Part shown: positions 49,090 through 62,350 of the stretch, piece by piece
Layout of the letters: the number at the start of each line of letters is the position of its first letter
How positions within the stretch are numbered: position 1 is the first letter of the stretch
Assembly (NCBI GenBank): GCA_036172245.1
Contig: JAYWIR010000059.1
Location: 186,001-250,000 of the forward strand
Reading direction: 5' to 3'
DNA: 64,000 nucleotides
Origin: Raillietiella orientalis
Lineage: Eukaryota
Notes under the pieces: generated by a model
What the model was told of the DNA's origin: nothing
The model's input: only the letters and a program-made list of their open reading frames with translations
Databases searched by the model: none
Translations under genes and position numbers: made by a program

Positions 49090-52000
49090 TCAAAATTGAA
49101 AATACATTTCAGCTTGCTGATGAGTTTCTGAATCAACAGTAGAAAGAACATCTTGGTAGCTAGAATGCCCCAAATACGCATGCAAGTCATTCAACTAAAA
49201 TTAAACTATTAATGTCAACACCAACATGGCCAAGATAGAAACCTGTTGCTGCACATAAGTCCTCAAGTCAACTGTGTACACTGGATCCTGACAATCTAAG
49301 GCATCCATCCTTCTGGCATGCTCTGTTGGTGTGTCTGCATCATCATCATCTTCTGACTGTCTGGTTTTCCCTACAAGTGTGCTGCTTCTGCTATTAGAGT
49401 TGTTACAGATGAATGCTACATACTCTGGCAAGGTAGTGTCTTCCTGAGCCACATCATGAAGTACTTCAACAATCACTAACAACAAGGCACAGAAATTATG
49501 CAGAACAATTGGCCAATGTGAACCCAGAAGAGAAGCCAATGCCAAGGCACACAGTTTTCTAGCCTGCAGTTTGATAATCAGGTGCATATTATCTGTCCAA
49601 AAAATCAACAGATTTCCCAGTAATACATCACTAGGGACATGAGAAGCAGCTTCCTCAAGGATTTGAAGCATACAAACAGGAGAATGAAGAATGATTCGAG
49701 AAAGTAATGTCAACTGCAAGGAGAGGATGTTGGGTGAGATGTCACCTGCATGTAAGCACTGTAACACATAATGGAAAATAGGTTTGAAAGCTTGAACAGC
49801 ATCAGCAACTATGCAACGCATAGTCAAGTCTACTGTATACAGAATGGTGAAAACACCTTCAGCCTTGAGATCTGGAAGGAGTCCCAAGATGCAGTTGAGA
49901 AACATGGTGCTGCACTGTGAAAGAAACAATGCTGGACTAAGCAACAGATATGCTTGCACCACTTGCATACATGCTGTCCACGTCTCTGAGCAGCAATTTT
50001 CTGAAGTAGAAATAAATATTAGAAAAAAAAAAGGCAGTTACACCTACCTAAGAGGGAGGGAAGATTGGCAAGCAACTGTGCCAACGCACATGTGATAGCA
50101 GGGGTATTATGTAAAATGGCAAGCCAAAGTGCCAATCCATCAGGAAGAAGATAAATGTGAGCTGCCTGAGCAGGGTCCATACAAAAAGCTACAACAGGCA
50201 GCAGAAAAGCATGAAGTTCTGTGCTGGAGGGTCCAAGCACATGAACAAGTTGAACAAGTGAACCAAGAATAGCACAACGCAACAGGTCATGTTGATCTGA
50301 CTCTGCCCACAAAACAGGCAAGCAATGCAACAGATGCTGCAGATAAGGTTGCATCCTTGAACCAAGGCGCTCCAGCATCACAGATAATACATTAAGAACA
50401 TGCATCTTTGTGTCGCACTCTTGTGCTGCCTGTAGCAGTTGCACAAGCAATTTGCAAGCTGCATCAGCCAAAGGTAAAAAACTATCAGCTGAGAAATCAA
50501 AGTCATCAATGGCAATCCGTAACACTTTAGCAGCAGTCAACCGGACACCAAAATTTCTAATGGGTACTAGCTCTTCCAACAGAGCTTTATGCAACATGGG
50601 ACGTAGTGATGAAGACAGACGTACACTACTCCACTCGCCAATGAGCCACAGGGCCCTGCGAGATAGTATAGGGTTTAAAGTGGGCAACTCAGGTAGTAAT
50701 TGTTCCTGGAACCATTGGTCAAAATCCACATCATCATAAAGATCAAAAGCTGCTAGTCCAAGGGCATGATACATGGCTTCCCGTGCCAACTGCTGATTTT
50801 CCAGACAAGGACTTCTGACCTGTTGCAAATAAGAAAGCAATAAAGGTCGCAAAACATCACAATGCTCCTTAAGTAATGCCAAATAAAGGGCTTCAGTGCA
50901 CGGTTGAAAACTATAGCGCCATGAATCCCCACCCTCTTCAATAGAGCATCCTTCAGGATCAGCAATCCAGGATTCTATCTCTTGATCAGATAGCAAAAAG
51001 AGAAATTCAACCAGATGCTGGCCCAATGCCAATACTAAGTTAGAAGTGAAAAACTGATGCAACATTTTGTGAGCTATCAATGTACGAGGATCCTTAGTAT
51101 CTGCAGAAATACAAAAATCCCAGACTCCAAAAAACAGATACATTCCCACTTACCCTTCGCTTTAGGACGACGGAATTGAGGACATAACAGAGCTGTCTTC
51201 ACTAAGTTGCACATGTGAAGTAACACTTTCCTAGGTAAGGAAGCAGACTGCCCCAATATACAGGAGATGGCTAATTGTAAACTCTCTTCTAGCAAGGGCA
51301 AAAAAGCAAAAGGCTCTTGCTCCAGTACATCACCTAATATTTTGCAGTGAAGCAACACATACTTCTCCCAAAATGTGCTGTGATTATCTGTGAGAAGCAA
51401 AACACTTTGTCTTGCATTGCAACTTCCACTTACTAAGACGAAGAAGTTCCAATAACTTATGCAAAATAAGTTGAAGAAGGCTAACAGTTTCTGGTGATTC
51501 CAGCATTTTGTGCAAGTCATTTACCAGCAGATGTCTCAATACACGGAGTGTAAGCAATGCTGAATCAACACTTCCATGACCTTGCAACCAAGCTTGGTGT
51601 TGTGCAAGCCACAGTTGTTGCAGAAAACCCAACAAAGATATAGTGAGGTCATGGAAGGCTGTGCGGTCTCCTGGTAATCGCTTAGATCCCAAAGCTTTCA
51701 CAACATGAAGTAATGTGCTTAGGGCTCTCTGCTGCATGAGTTCATCAGTCACTTGGATGGCTCTCAACAATGAAGGAAATAATTCTGGCCATCCCATAGG
51801 ACCTTCAAGACGAGCAACCTTAGCAACAGCCACAGCCAACTGCAGAGCAATAGGAGCCACTGGTTCATGAAGATACCCACAAAGATTCTGTTTCAGCTGG
51901 TAACGTTCAACATCACTGATGGCACTGAATACAGGAACATTAGATTAAAAGATAACAGCTTATATCTTTACATACTTAGGAGCAGATTTCCTCCAGTATT

Positions 52001-52249
52001 TGTCCACTCCATTTTTAAAATACACAGCAGCCAGCCATCTGATGTGTGTACCCAGCTGATGATTATTGATAATGGCCTGGGAACGGCTTCTGGTCTACCA
52101 CCACTGCACATTTCTCCTACCATAAGGACTGAATAGAATCCTGTTTGCGTTTCATATTCTTTGAGCTTCTCCTCTGAAGGCTTCAAATATGTAGGATTTT
52201 GACTGGCAGCCAAGCTCAAGTGATGCAGTACATCTATCTCAAAATTCAT
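49090..52249 (-). CDS. IPO11: Importin-11 (RanBP11), ~956 aa, 7 coding exons
   Basis: GT-AG exons in frame (2871 nt total): 52249-52121, 52076-51976, 51924-51434, 51387-51154, 51100-50048, 50000-49243, 49194-49090. Motifs: IRWLAAVYFKNGVDKYWRK (importin-beta N-terminus), HVVKALGSKRL, WIADPE, GGDSWRYS, VDFDQWF, ECDTKMHVL, TEHARR...DPVY. Confidence 0.95.
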
Positions 52250-53799
52250 TGCAGTACTGTCTACCTGGCATAAAACACTTAAATTTTTGCTATGCCTGGT
52301 TTTTCTTGAAGGCAGTGCTTGGAACTTCCACCTGAGCTGCCATAATCATATTACACTTTGTGAAAAGAATCCATACCACCTAAATTCAAGTCCTGATTGA
52401 TTTGAGAAAATACACATTCACATACACATTATTTGCTTTGCACAATAACATAATATAAATAACAAAGTAAAAGAAACTTCCGGGATTATGCATATTTTAT
52501 AAATAAAGATAAAACAAAATAAATGATCCCGTTCCATAATAAAGGTATCCTTACATATTTAAATCGTAGATACTTTAACAAGATACAAAAATAAATACAT
52601 CCGCCTATTTTATTTAACCACTTTTCTAAATGAAAATGATTCACTTACAGCACAAGAAAATTCATTTTGTAATAGGCATTATAAATGGTACAATCGGGTA
52701 ATCCTGCATTGTTATCGAATACGGTGAAAACAGTGCGTGCTACACATAGCATCCGATTTGTGAAAATGATAAAATGAAATTTTAGATGTTAAGCCTAGTT
52801 TCTTGTAGTTTTTCAAAAAAGTTTATTACTCCTCAACTTATTAATGGGCTCGCTTTGTTGACTGCAAAGATCACTTAAGTAATCATGTTCGCACAACTGC
52901 ATCAATACCATGTACCTATTAAACATCATTTCCCGTTGTTCTGTGAACACATGATACCACTTACGCATAAAATATTCGTTTCACATAAATTTGTAAATTT
53001 AAAAACAATTAAATTTTCTCGTGAGGAATTTCTTCTTATTGCGTCAAATACACTACAACTGTTACATACCAATCGATTAATTTTCACATTGCAAAACTCA
53101 ATTGAGATAAAGATAGGATTGGTCTTGAAATGAATACAACCCTGGTTCTCATCACAGTAGGATGCTGCAAACAGATATCAACATAATAGCAACCTAACAT
53201 GATTTGTTACTAAGACCTTTTTTACTACTCACAAATTTGAGTTTTGATTTCATAGAAAATAGACCAGAAACCAATTTTGAAGTCATTTAAAGATCATTTT
53301 TAGAAAGTATTCTCGTTTGAGACTTCCATCAACTTATTTGTGTAATATTATCCGAGTAGTAATTTTAATGCCACACTCTACGAGCAGCAGTAAAGCAGAA
53401 TGATTGTTTATCAAGTGAATGTAGGCATACAATTTTGAAAATATGCTTAAGATGATACATATGAGTTAAATTCAGGAAGACTTGATGGTCCTTTGGATCC
53501 TTGACGAAACTTCACTAATTTCTTGGCTGTGCCAAGATTATCACAAAAAAGAAAGCACAGACAAAAATGAGCGAGAGTTAGCATCTCTATTCTAAATGCT
53601 TGATACATTACTTGATATGCTTTATAAATGAAATGTATCGTATAGTTCACAAAGTTTTTCCTTATAGGAAAAAAGCATTTCTAAAATCACATTTGTAAAA
53701 TCCTCCTTATTACTTCAAATATAAATGGAATATAGGAACTCTTTTATTCTGTTATTTTAGTAGACTACAATAATTTTATCTCAAAATAACTGAAATATA

Positions 53800-54700
53800 C
53801 TTGAATGAGATTTTATGGTTTCAGTTTTACACGGAATTCGAATACATCGAGCTCTGGAAAAGATTGCTGGCCTTTTTTCCCCTCAAAAGCTGAGCTCTTT
53901 TTTACTCAGATCGCGACACGATGCACTTATGTTCATAATGCAGAGAGTTTAAATGTAGGTGAACTACGCGCCATAGGAAACCATGCATAATTCGAGTAGG
54001 GAACTTAAAAGATCAATGATTAGCAAGAAAGTTTTGCTTTTTATTACTGCTGGTCATTTAGGACCAGCATAGTTTGGAAGACATGAAGGAAGCTATTTAG
54101 TTTGCATAAATATTAAATAAATCTGAAAATCCTAGAAGAGGATGTGGAAAGAAAACTTTAAATCTGGTCCACTAGAGACACTTCAAACGATCAACATATT
54201 TTGGCCGCTGATTAAAAGTACATGTCGAGTACTCCTAACTTTTTAAGATACATCTTAAAACGTGACTAAATCAGTCATGCAAAGGAATGTTTAAAAAAGT
54301 GAATTTAGAACAAACTGGATAACACCCAAGACATACGATGGACCCCTGCAAGCTACTAAAATGTTATTCAAAACAGTCTGTTGTGGATTATCATTACGCT
54401 GCCCAAAAAAGCTTTAGAAGCTTTAAGCTTTACAGCTTAAAAAATATATTTCCAATATTGACCACACCCCGACAGGCACTTCATTCAAAAACAGACTCGA
54501 GTGAAATAAAATACAGGCCTCAACAAAATTTAATGCAAATTCCGTACTTTCCTTCGATTACTACATCTAGTGGACGACCTGTACTTCAATATCTATTCTT
54601 CAGTAAAGTATCACGACATAAACAATTTTCGGATGACTGAAGGACTGAAGACTCTTTGTGAGTTGAAACGGAACCAGCTGAAAACCGACCAAATCTTCGA
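53800..54700 (+). mobile_element. Decayed 3' part of a Penelope-like element (thumb/GIY-YIG remnant, 3' region)
   Basis: KDCWPFF (cf. DG.LPFL), ATRCTYVH (cf. KPTHT..Y.H), LEQTG (cf. YIGQTG), SVVDYH (cf. SA.A.H) and EIKYRPQQN (cf. I....P.LN), in the right order. A hammerhead-like core follows at 54645-54669. Confidence 0.45.
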
Positions 54701-57700
54701 GCAAGGCAGTATTTCCTTTCTCACTTTTACGGAGTGGAAGAAAATGTACTTCTACTATTTGAAATTGTTTATATTTGGGGTAAAGATTTTGAATAAAGAG
54801 AAACTAAAAGTGTACATCCTAATTTTCGACTCCAGTGCATTCTGTCGATGCATCGTTTGTAAGCTTGAAAACTGAAAACGGATGCGAAATATACGAAAGT
54901 AGGAGAAAGAATTACCCATGCTAAGTTGCATTCATACGAATTTGCAATGATGGCACTTGTTAAAATCGTTTCAATAAATTCATTATTCAACTTTCATTTA
55001 AAAAAGCTGATACAGCAAAAATAATGGATTTCATTTTAATAAAATCGAATCTACCTATTTTTCCCATCATTCATTGCACATTTATAGCTGGAAAAAAAAA
55101 ATTCATTCTGAAGAAATAAAGTAAATGGAAGTAGAGAAGGAATTAAATGATCGAATGATTAGTTTTCGAGTAGCATTTATTTGAATATTTGAGACAAATT
55201 GTAACTTCTTCGAGAATCTATGTGCAACTCTTACTAGGATTTTAACAGAGTGCAAATTTGCAATGGAGGAACTAATTTAGAGCCATGAAGCCAATTTAGA
55301 CAATCCAGGACTGCTGTATGTGTAACATCTGTTATGTAGTTCCAATCCAGCGTGTCACGACTTTCTTTAAGTGGATTGTGTAGGCCATGTGCTCCTTGAA
55401 TAAGCACTCATATATTTTGTAAAAGATAGTATCAGTTATATTGATATATTGCATATTATTTCCATTATAAATGGAATTATTATTTTATTTGGAATTAATA
55501 TGAATAATATGATTGGTGTGATTGAGTTTTCTAACCCGTTTTTCAAACAATTTTTCTTATTCAAAGAACGGATGATTTCTTATAAGAAACGTGGAAAAAT
55601 TTTGAAAACTCGTTTTTAGAAATGTATTTTTCAAGATAAGGAAAAATACAATAGGGAAATTCTAAAGTTTTCATGAAAATTTCCTTGGATTAAGGATAAA
55701 TCCATGGTTTCATATTCATAACACTTCCACGGTAAATCGATGTGCTCACTTCTATCACGTTTTCTTTAGAGCATTAAACGCGGAGTTACGAAACGTTCTC
55801 ATTAAATTCCTTCGATTTATTATTCGACAAAGAGATCCCAATATGAAATTCGATTAGTAATGACAAACTGCTTGTCCAATCCTACAGTGAATATGCTATG
55901 AGATCATTATATGAGCATGGAGTTTCATTGATGGTGAACAGGAAAGGAGTCTCGAGGCATCCGTTTCAAATCTTGATGTCCGTCGTCCTTCGTGAAGACC
56001 TCGCCAGCATCCTTACTTTCTTCTCCGACAGACGTTCACGTGCGGCTCCTTGCTTCTTGCTAACTGCTAATCCATTCTTCTACAATGCCATTACCATGGT
56101 GGTGTCACTCTTGATTCCCCTGGTGGTCAGTGTTCCAGATTCTCGGGTTTTCGAAGAATGTGAAATGAGTATTACTTTATAAAAAATGTATATATATATA
56201 TCTCCGAACGGATCATGGGTATAATTTGCAGAATAGACTACAACAACAGCACTGCTAGCATAGATGTACAAGATGCGCCGCTATCACAGCGAAGGTATCC
56301 TAATTTCCCATTTGCGAGTCATGCTGTAATCCAAGTGTTTTCAAACTGCTTTCCATTTGCATTATCATCTTTGAGCCTTTAAAGGTTTTTCATTTTGTGC
56401 ATTGCAGTCGTTGTTGCCCAATGCACCGCTCAAGTGGGCTGCTAGTCGATTAGCATAGACTTCAGAATAAAGGAGGTGCTGCAAGATTTTCTCCGTCACT
56501 CCTTAAGACTACAAGGGAAACCCAAGTCGTAACATTTCTACGTAGTCTCGAAAAGTAATTCTTGATTTTTTACGCCTATGCTATAAGGACAGCTGCAGGT
56601 TACTCATGTCTTGTGAGTGTGAGTCATCCCAGTGTTCCAATAGTCACACAGCTATCCTATAATGATTTGAAATTCCGGTCTACTTGAATTGCAAGCACTC
56701 CTTGCGCTATTAAACGGACTGTCAAAGGAACACGACTCCAACTTTGGTAAGTTATCATGAGAATCCTCTGGACTTTCCGATAAGGACGCCCATTAAGTTA
56801 TGAAGATTGACTCGGAGAGGACAGCAGAGCAGTTACGAGCTTGCCGTATACCAATGTGCGTTCTCACTTGATTTCCTGTTTGCTTGCGCTGAAATGTGAA
56901 ATCTCAGTTTACTGTAAGGACTCTCTGAGGATGTTTTCCAACAAGTGTGAGATGATGGATGCCTTTGTTGAACAGAAGATTCATTTATATCCACGAATCC
57001 AAATCAACTCTTTCTAAAAGGCCAAACGATTTTTTAGCTCTTTAAATTAAAATGCCTTGGGAAAACAACCATACCGAGTGGAAACGAAAGGTAAAAAAAG
57101 AAAAAAAAATCTGGAAAATTTTTTACAAATGGCTGCATTCATTTGCTGTTTCATTTTTCAGCCACATCTTATGCTGCTTGTCAGCAAGATGCGGCTGAAA
57201 CTCAGCAGTAAGTGCTCATAGAATTTGAGCGCAAGTTCTCACGAAAGGATCACCATGTGCTCAAATGAATCTCTGTGCTTCATCAATCTCTCTCTTACAG
57301 TTCCTTACTGAACCAGCCACTGCAAAGCCCAGCTTCTCTCATGGGTTGCGCTTGAAGACCAGCAGTAATCAAAAATCAATAGCATTCCGATCTTCACTTT
57401 TATGAAGCAGAGATTGGCAAAGACAGCAGCCAACCCAAATTTGTTGAAAGGTGCAACGGATGCACAGATGGAAATTGAAAATGAAAATCAGGAAGTTTGC
57501 TCCTTCCTGCTGGCTTCACACGGAGGCCATCACGTCACAAGACAGTAAAATTCTTCGAAAGAGACACGGAGATCGATCCACTTCATTAGCGCATCCCAGA
57601 AGTTTTGGGGTTCACGGTGCGTCTGCATTTCCGTGGAAGGAAGAAGATCTTTGGGGTCAGGGAAAAAAGGAAAGCCGATGCAAGGAAAGCACGAAGCAAA

Positions 57701-59799
57701 TGCTGCCGAAAACCCTAAATTACTAGGAGGATACGCAGGATGAAAGTTCCCAGGTGGACCTTCAGAATAGTTGGAAAACGTTCACCAAGTTGCAATCCTT
57801 TCTTTCCCTCTGGAAACATTTATGCCGTGTTATACAACGTCGGCACTGAGCTGCTAGTTCGTGTCGGCTATCGAATCTCGTTTGGCGGAGTATCGGAAGA
57901 CGTTTCTCCCATCTTTCACGAATATTGATTCGTCGAGATGGGGCTGTGCTGCAGAAAATAAGCAAAAGAGTGATGCAACAGTCCTAACCTTTGCGCTTGA
58001 AAACGATCAGGCTGCCATCACCTTTTCGCTTTATCGCTGATAGATCTGACAGCGCTCGTGTAGCGCACGGTATTATGGAGTAATGGAGCTGCCTACACTG
58101 TAATACCGTCTTAATTGCTTCTCTTCAAATTCCATTCCTCATTCTGCGGCTACTCGAAGCACTTTGAAAATCGAAAGTCAGGAGCTCGTACGAGACATGG
58201 AAAAAAAGGACACCGTGACCCTTTTATTCTATCCCACCCGGGAAGGCATCCGTCATTTCAAGAAAAGGAGGGAAGGTCTGTCTTTCTGTTGTTCCTCCTA
58301 GGCAAAAGAATGGCCTTCTTTGGTTTCGAGTATCACTGCTTCTCTGAGCGTGGCAGACAGCCTCTTCGATGACTGGAAGGAAAAGTTCCAGGAGAATTAG
58401 GAATCGCTTGTTGGTCGTATCAACGGAGTTGCAATCAAGAAAGTGAGTTCGTCTGGAAGCTGGCGAAAATGCCATGTCTCGGCATTTCTCATCCTTGGGG
58501 CTGTTGCTCACGCGGAATACGAATTTTCCCTTCAGTATTCTACCCTTGCAGTGTACTTAGAATCAGATAATTGGAATTTCTCAAGAGTTGCAAAACATCC
58601 ATACGGCTATTTCAGAAAAGGAAATGGATGGGATCAAGGAATTTCTTTTTTCTTCCCTTAATATCACAGGTCATGCTAAAGGCCTCCCCCTCCCTTGAAA
58701 AAAAAAAAGAAAAAAACACGCTGGCTCAACTGTGGAGGTGCAGGGAGACTTTCGACAAACGGTCAATGAGACGCGTATCACCTGAGTAAAATCAGATTTT
58801 TATTTAATAGGAAAAAAAAAGTCCATGCCGAAGAGCCCTCTTTCTGTGCTCTCTTCGATGTAGCCCTCGAGCCATTTTCGTTACCCTGGAGCTCATTCAT
58901 TCACCTTTATGAGCACCTCCTCAAACATTTCTCGAGACACCACTAACCACGTTGAAATTAGAAACCAGAAGGGAGCTGCCTTCTTGGCAATTCGATACAT
59001 GCTGGAGGTCCGGGAAACCCAATCCGCACTCTGGCAAGAGTCATCTTACTGCTTCCTCCCAGTGCTTACGATCCGAGAGCTGCACCCTTCCTGTTGGCGT
59101 TAGGCAGAAGTAGCAGAGAAACGCATGCGAATGTCACCTGTTGCATTGATTTCATACAAATTTTATCTGGTTTGCGGGCGCATATTTTTCAGTCTGGATT
59201 TCTGGAAATTCTTCCCGACTGATTTCCTGTCCATCTTGGAGAGCGACGGTTGAGGCACTGGTAGTCTGTCGAGTTCACAGATCCTAAATTTCGTGCTCGA
59301 CAACTGTTGGTTTTCCCATCTTTTTTTCTTCCTCAGATTCTGGTTTCTCTCTCCGATCATTTGGTCACCAGCAGCCCTTGCGATTGCATTTCCTTCCCAT
59401 CTTGTCCTCGCTGGCAACCAGATCCTCAATTCAGGATCATAGCTGCTTAGCGACAGGATAAGGAATTCCTTCCTAAGACCTTAAAATTTCTTCATGCTCC
59501 TATTTAATGACCACTCTGGCTTCGATCAGCCTCAAAATTTTTTTTTTGCAACCTTGAGAGACGATTTTGTAGAGAAATGAAAACCAACGCGAACTTTTGT
59601 GAATACGGGAGCACACGCTATTAAGCACGCCAAGTCCACGCAAGTAGCTGATGACACCATGACGTGCGTCGCTTCGTCGATTTTTCCTTTTCATACGGAA
59701 TATTTTGCATTCATAATGAGAGAGTACACTACAGATGGGTTTGGCTCAAAATCCCAATCGATCGAAATCGACCGAATGTCGAAATCGCAAAAGACCATA

Positions 59800-60065
59800 A
59801 AAGATAAACATGCATGTCTATTATGTATAGGTTATTTTTTTCTACTATTTTCAATTGTCTCCATTATTTTATGTTTTTTACGATTCGATATTTATATATA
59901 CGCTTATTATGTATATTAATATGTATATTTACCGGTATATTAATACACAAATTTATTTTGATATACACATTTGTTAATATATGTATCTTAAAGGTTATAA
60001 AACATAAATATATATGAGTATTACTTACATTCATGTATCTGTATAGACGCTTATTTTTTAATGAT
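59800..60065. repeat. AT-rich low-complexity tract
   Basis: Dense TATAT/ATAT/TTTT motifs with very low GC and no strict period. Confidence 0.6.
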
Positions 60066-61699
60066 CTTTCAAGATTTTGACATGTGATTTTGATTGGCAC
60101 CCCTACAAATGATACCATCAAAACGCACATGTGTGTTTGTATTGGTTGATAATAGAACCACGAAACGTGCAATTTTAGATAGCTCAGGATGCCAGTCTTC
60201 GAAGGAGTCGGAACAAGTTTGGAGTTTTAGAGTAGTCATTTGTAAACTCATTACCTGAAGAGTTCTCTAGAGTCATTGGTTTCAGAGCAGCGCGTGAACG
60301 GTTTTGCAATGGGTGGAATCCAGAGCGGGAGATGCAGGGAGGAAAGTTCCTCTTGAAACTAAGAGCCGCACATTTTTGAGTTCTTCTCTGTGCTGCACTA
60401 ACGAATTTGTGTTCGCAAACTTCTTTTGTTTCTTGAACCCAGGCGACTACATACGCTTAGACTTTTTTTTTTTTTTTCAGAGAAGAAACCACAAGCTGAA
60501 TCGGATTCTGACCGTAAGCATTGTCGAACCCGCCACATACACAGCAGCCGCAGTTGTTGATCTGCAGCTTCCTTCTTGACGAGTGCATTTGGACCATGTT
60601 TCATATAGCAGTAAATTGTAAATCCCGGGGAAAAGTATAGCCCAATACCCGCAACTTATGGTCTTTGGAGATGTGACCTGATTAGCGATTACCTGTTTCT
60701 GAAGAATAATTAGTGATTCGCTTCTTGATGTAGAGGATTGTTTATTGGATTGCTATGTTATTGCACAAGATACAATCAGACTCCTATAGGGTGTTCGGCA
60801 CGCTAATTCTCCGGTACGTTTTGCATGTCCGAAGCAATCGTGAGGTTGAAGACATTTTGCACGGATTCATCGACATGTTTGCAGACATATGCACATCCAT
60901 GCAGAAATGAGTGATCTGTGGATTATACCAAAAAGAACCAAATGAGAAAGCCCAGCTGCAAGTTCTGTAACATCAATCATCCTGCTATAATCGTTCGTTC
61001 ATCGGCTATGATTTTCTTATTCACTGTCCTTGACTATCTGCTGCTTTGTTACAAGATATGCTTCCAGTTGGATATTAAGTGATTGAACATGGATACTGTA
61101 CGAAGTGTGTGCATAACTGTACATTCATACAAGTTTAGAAATGAATATGTGTATGCACTTGTCCATAGATTCATTTTACACGTGGGCACGCCTGTGTGTT
61201 TAAATTGCCAGTCTCACTATGATCTGAAATTAACCAATACCAATTCTCTGGCCATCTGATAAATACAAAATGGCATATTTTCCAGATACATGCCTTCTTC
61301 CAGAAGAATAAATTTATTTCAAATTCTTGCGATCCTATGAATAAGTAAAGCCTCGGCTTCCATTTAAGAAGTACCCCAGAAGTGAAAGCGAATCCATCTT
61401 CCTATACTTTCTACTTTGAATTGCATGCTTTGCTGCTAGAAGTGTTTCAAGGAAATCGCAATAGCAGAAATAGAAAAAGGAAACTGATGGATTCGAGATG
61501 GGTTTTATGAAGAAGTTAGTTTCATTTTTCTCCTCCAGAGACAAAAGCTAGTGATGTATTTGAAATGTTCACTATAGAATAATTGATTGAACGCATTCAT
61601 GTTGCATAATATGGACGGTGAACTTGCTGATTAGATTAAATCAAATGCTATTCAATTATAAAAGTACGTACTATAAAAACACATTTATAATTTTTCCAT

Positions 61700-62350
61700 T
61701 GCTCTGAATCCTCAATTCAATTCACTGACACTTGAGAATTCAACTTCAGAATTCAATTTCTCCACCACGTTTGAAAAAAAAGCGTCAGCTGAACAGCTCA
61801 AGTGCTAGGACAAAGGATTGTTCACTTCTAAGAAGTATGACATCATTCTCTATCATCTCCTTCATCAGCCAGGCAAACACCACTCCTTTCCAATGTGAAT
61901 CCAATGATACACCAGTGTTTGTAATTCCAATTTCTTGAAATGCAGGCGAGTTGAGGATCCGGGTGAGATGCTTGCTAGATAGAGGGAGGCTCTTTGCCTT
62001 CAAGGTTGAGGAAAGGGAGAATTCTATCCAACCATTCCGCGAGTGCCTCAAAGGTCCACAATTCCAAAGTTGGTTCCCAGTCTTATAAAAAATCTCCCTT
62101 CGATATAAGGGAAGGTTTTGTTAGTTTATGTTTGAAAAGAAAAACGAGGGTAGCTGACTCATGCCCCTTGCAGGAAGTTGCATTTCTAAAACTGGACATT
62201 CATTATTTGTTTGTAATGAACTTGAAATCAGATGGTGGGGCAGTTGCATGTACTTTGACTCCAGAACAGGATTTAGAAGCGGGCTAAACGTAATTAGATA
62301 CCTAAATATTCATTCAGTACTACATGGAATGGTGATTCGTAACTTCAGAA
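61700..62350 (-). mobile_element. Possible decayed LINE APE remnant
   Basis: IGITNTG...SHWKGVVFAWLMKEMIENDVILL loosely resembles GDFN...W.S...RG..L...I..NDL.LLN. Confidence 0.3.

Noticed and set aside
60750..61000. Gag/ORF1 zinc knuckle (CKFCNINHPA)
   Set aside because: A single incomplete knuckle with no supporting ORF.
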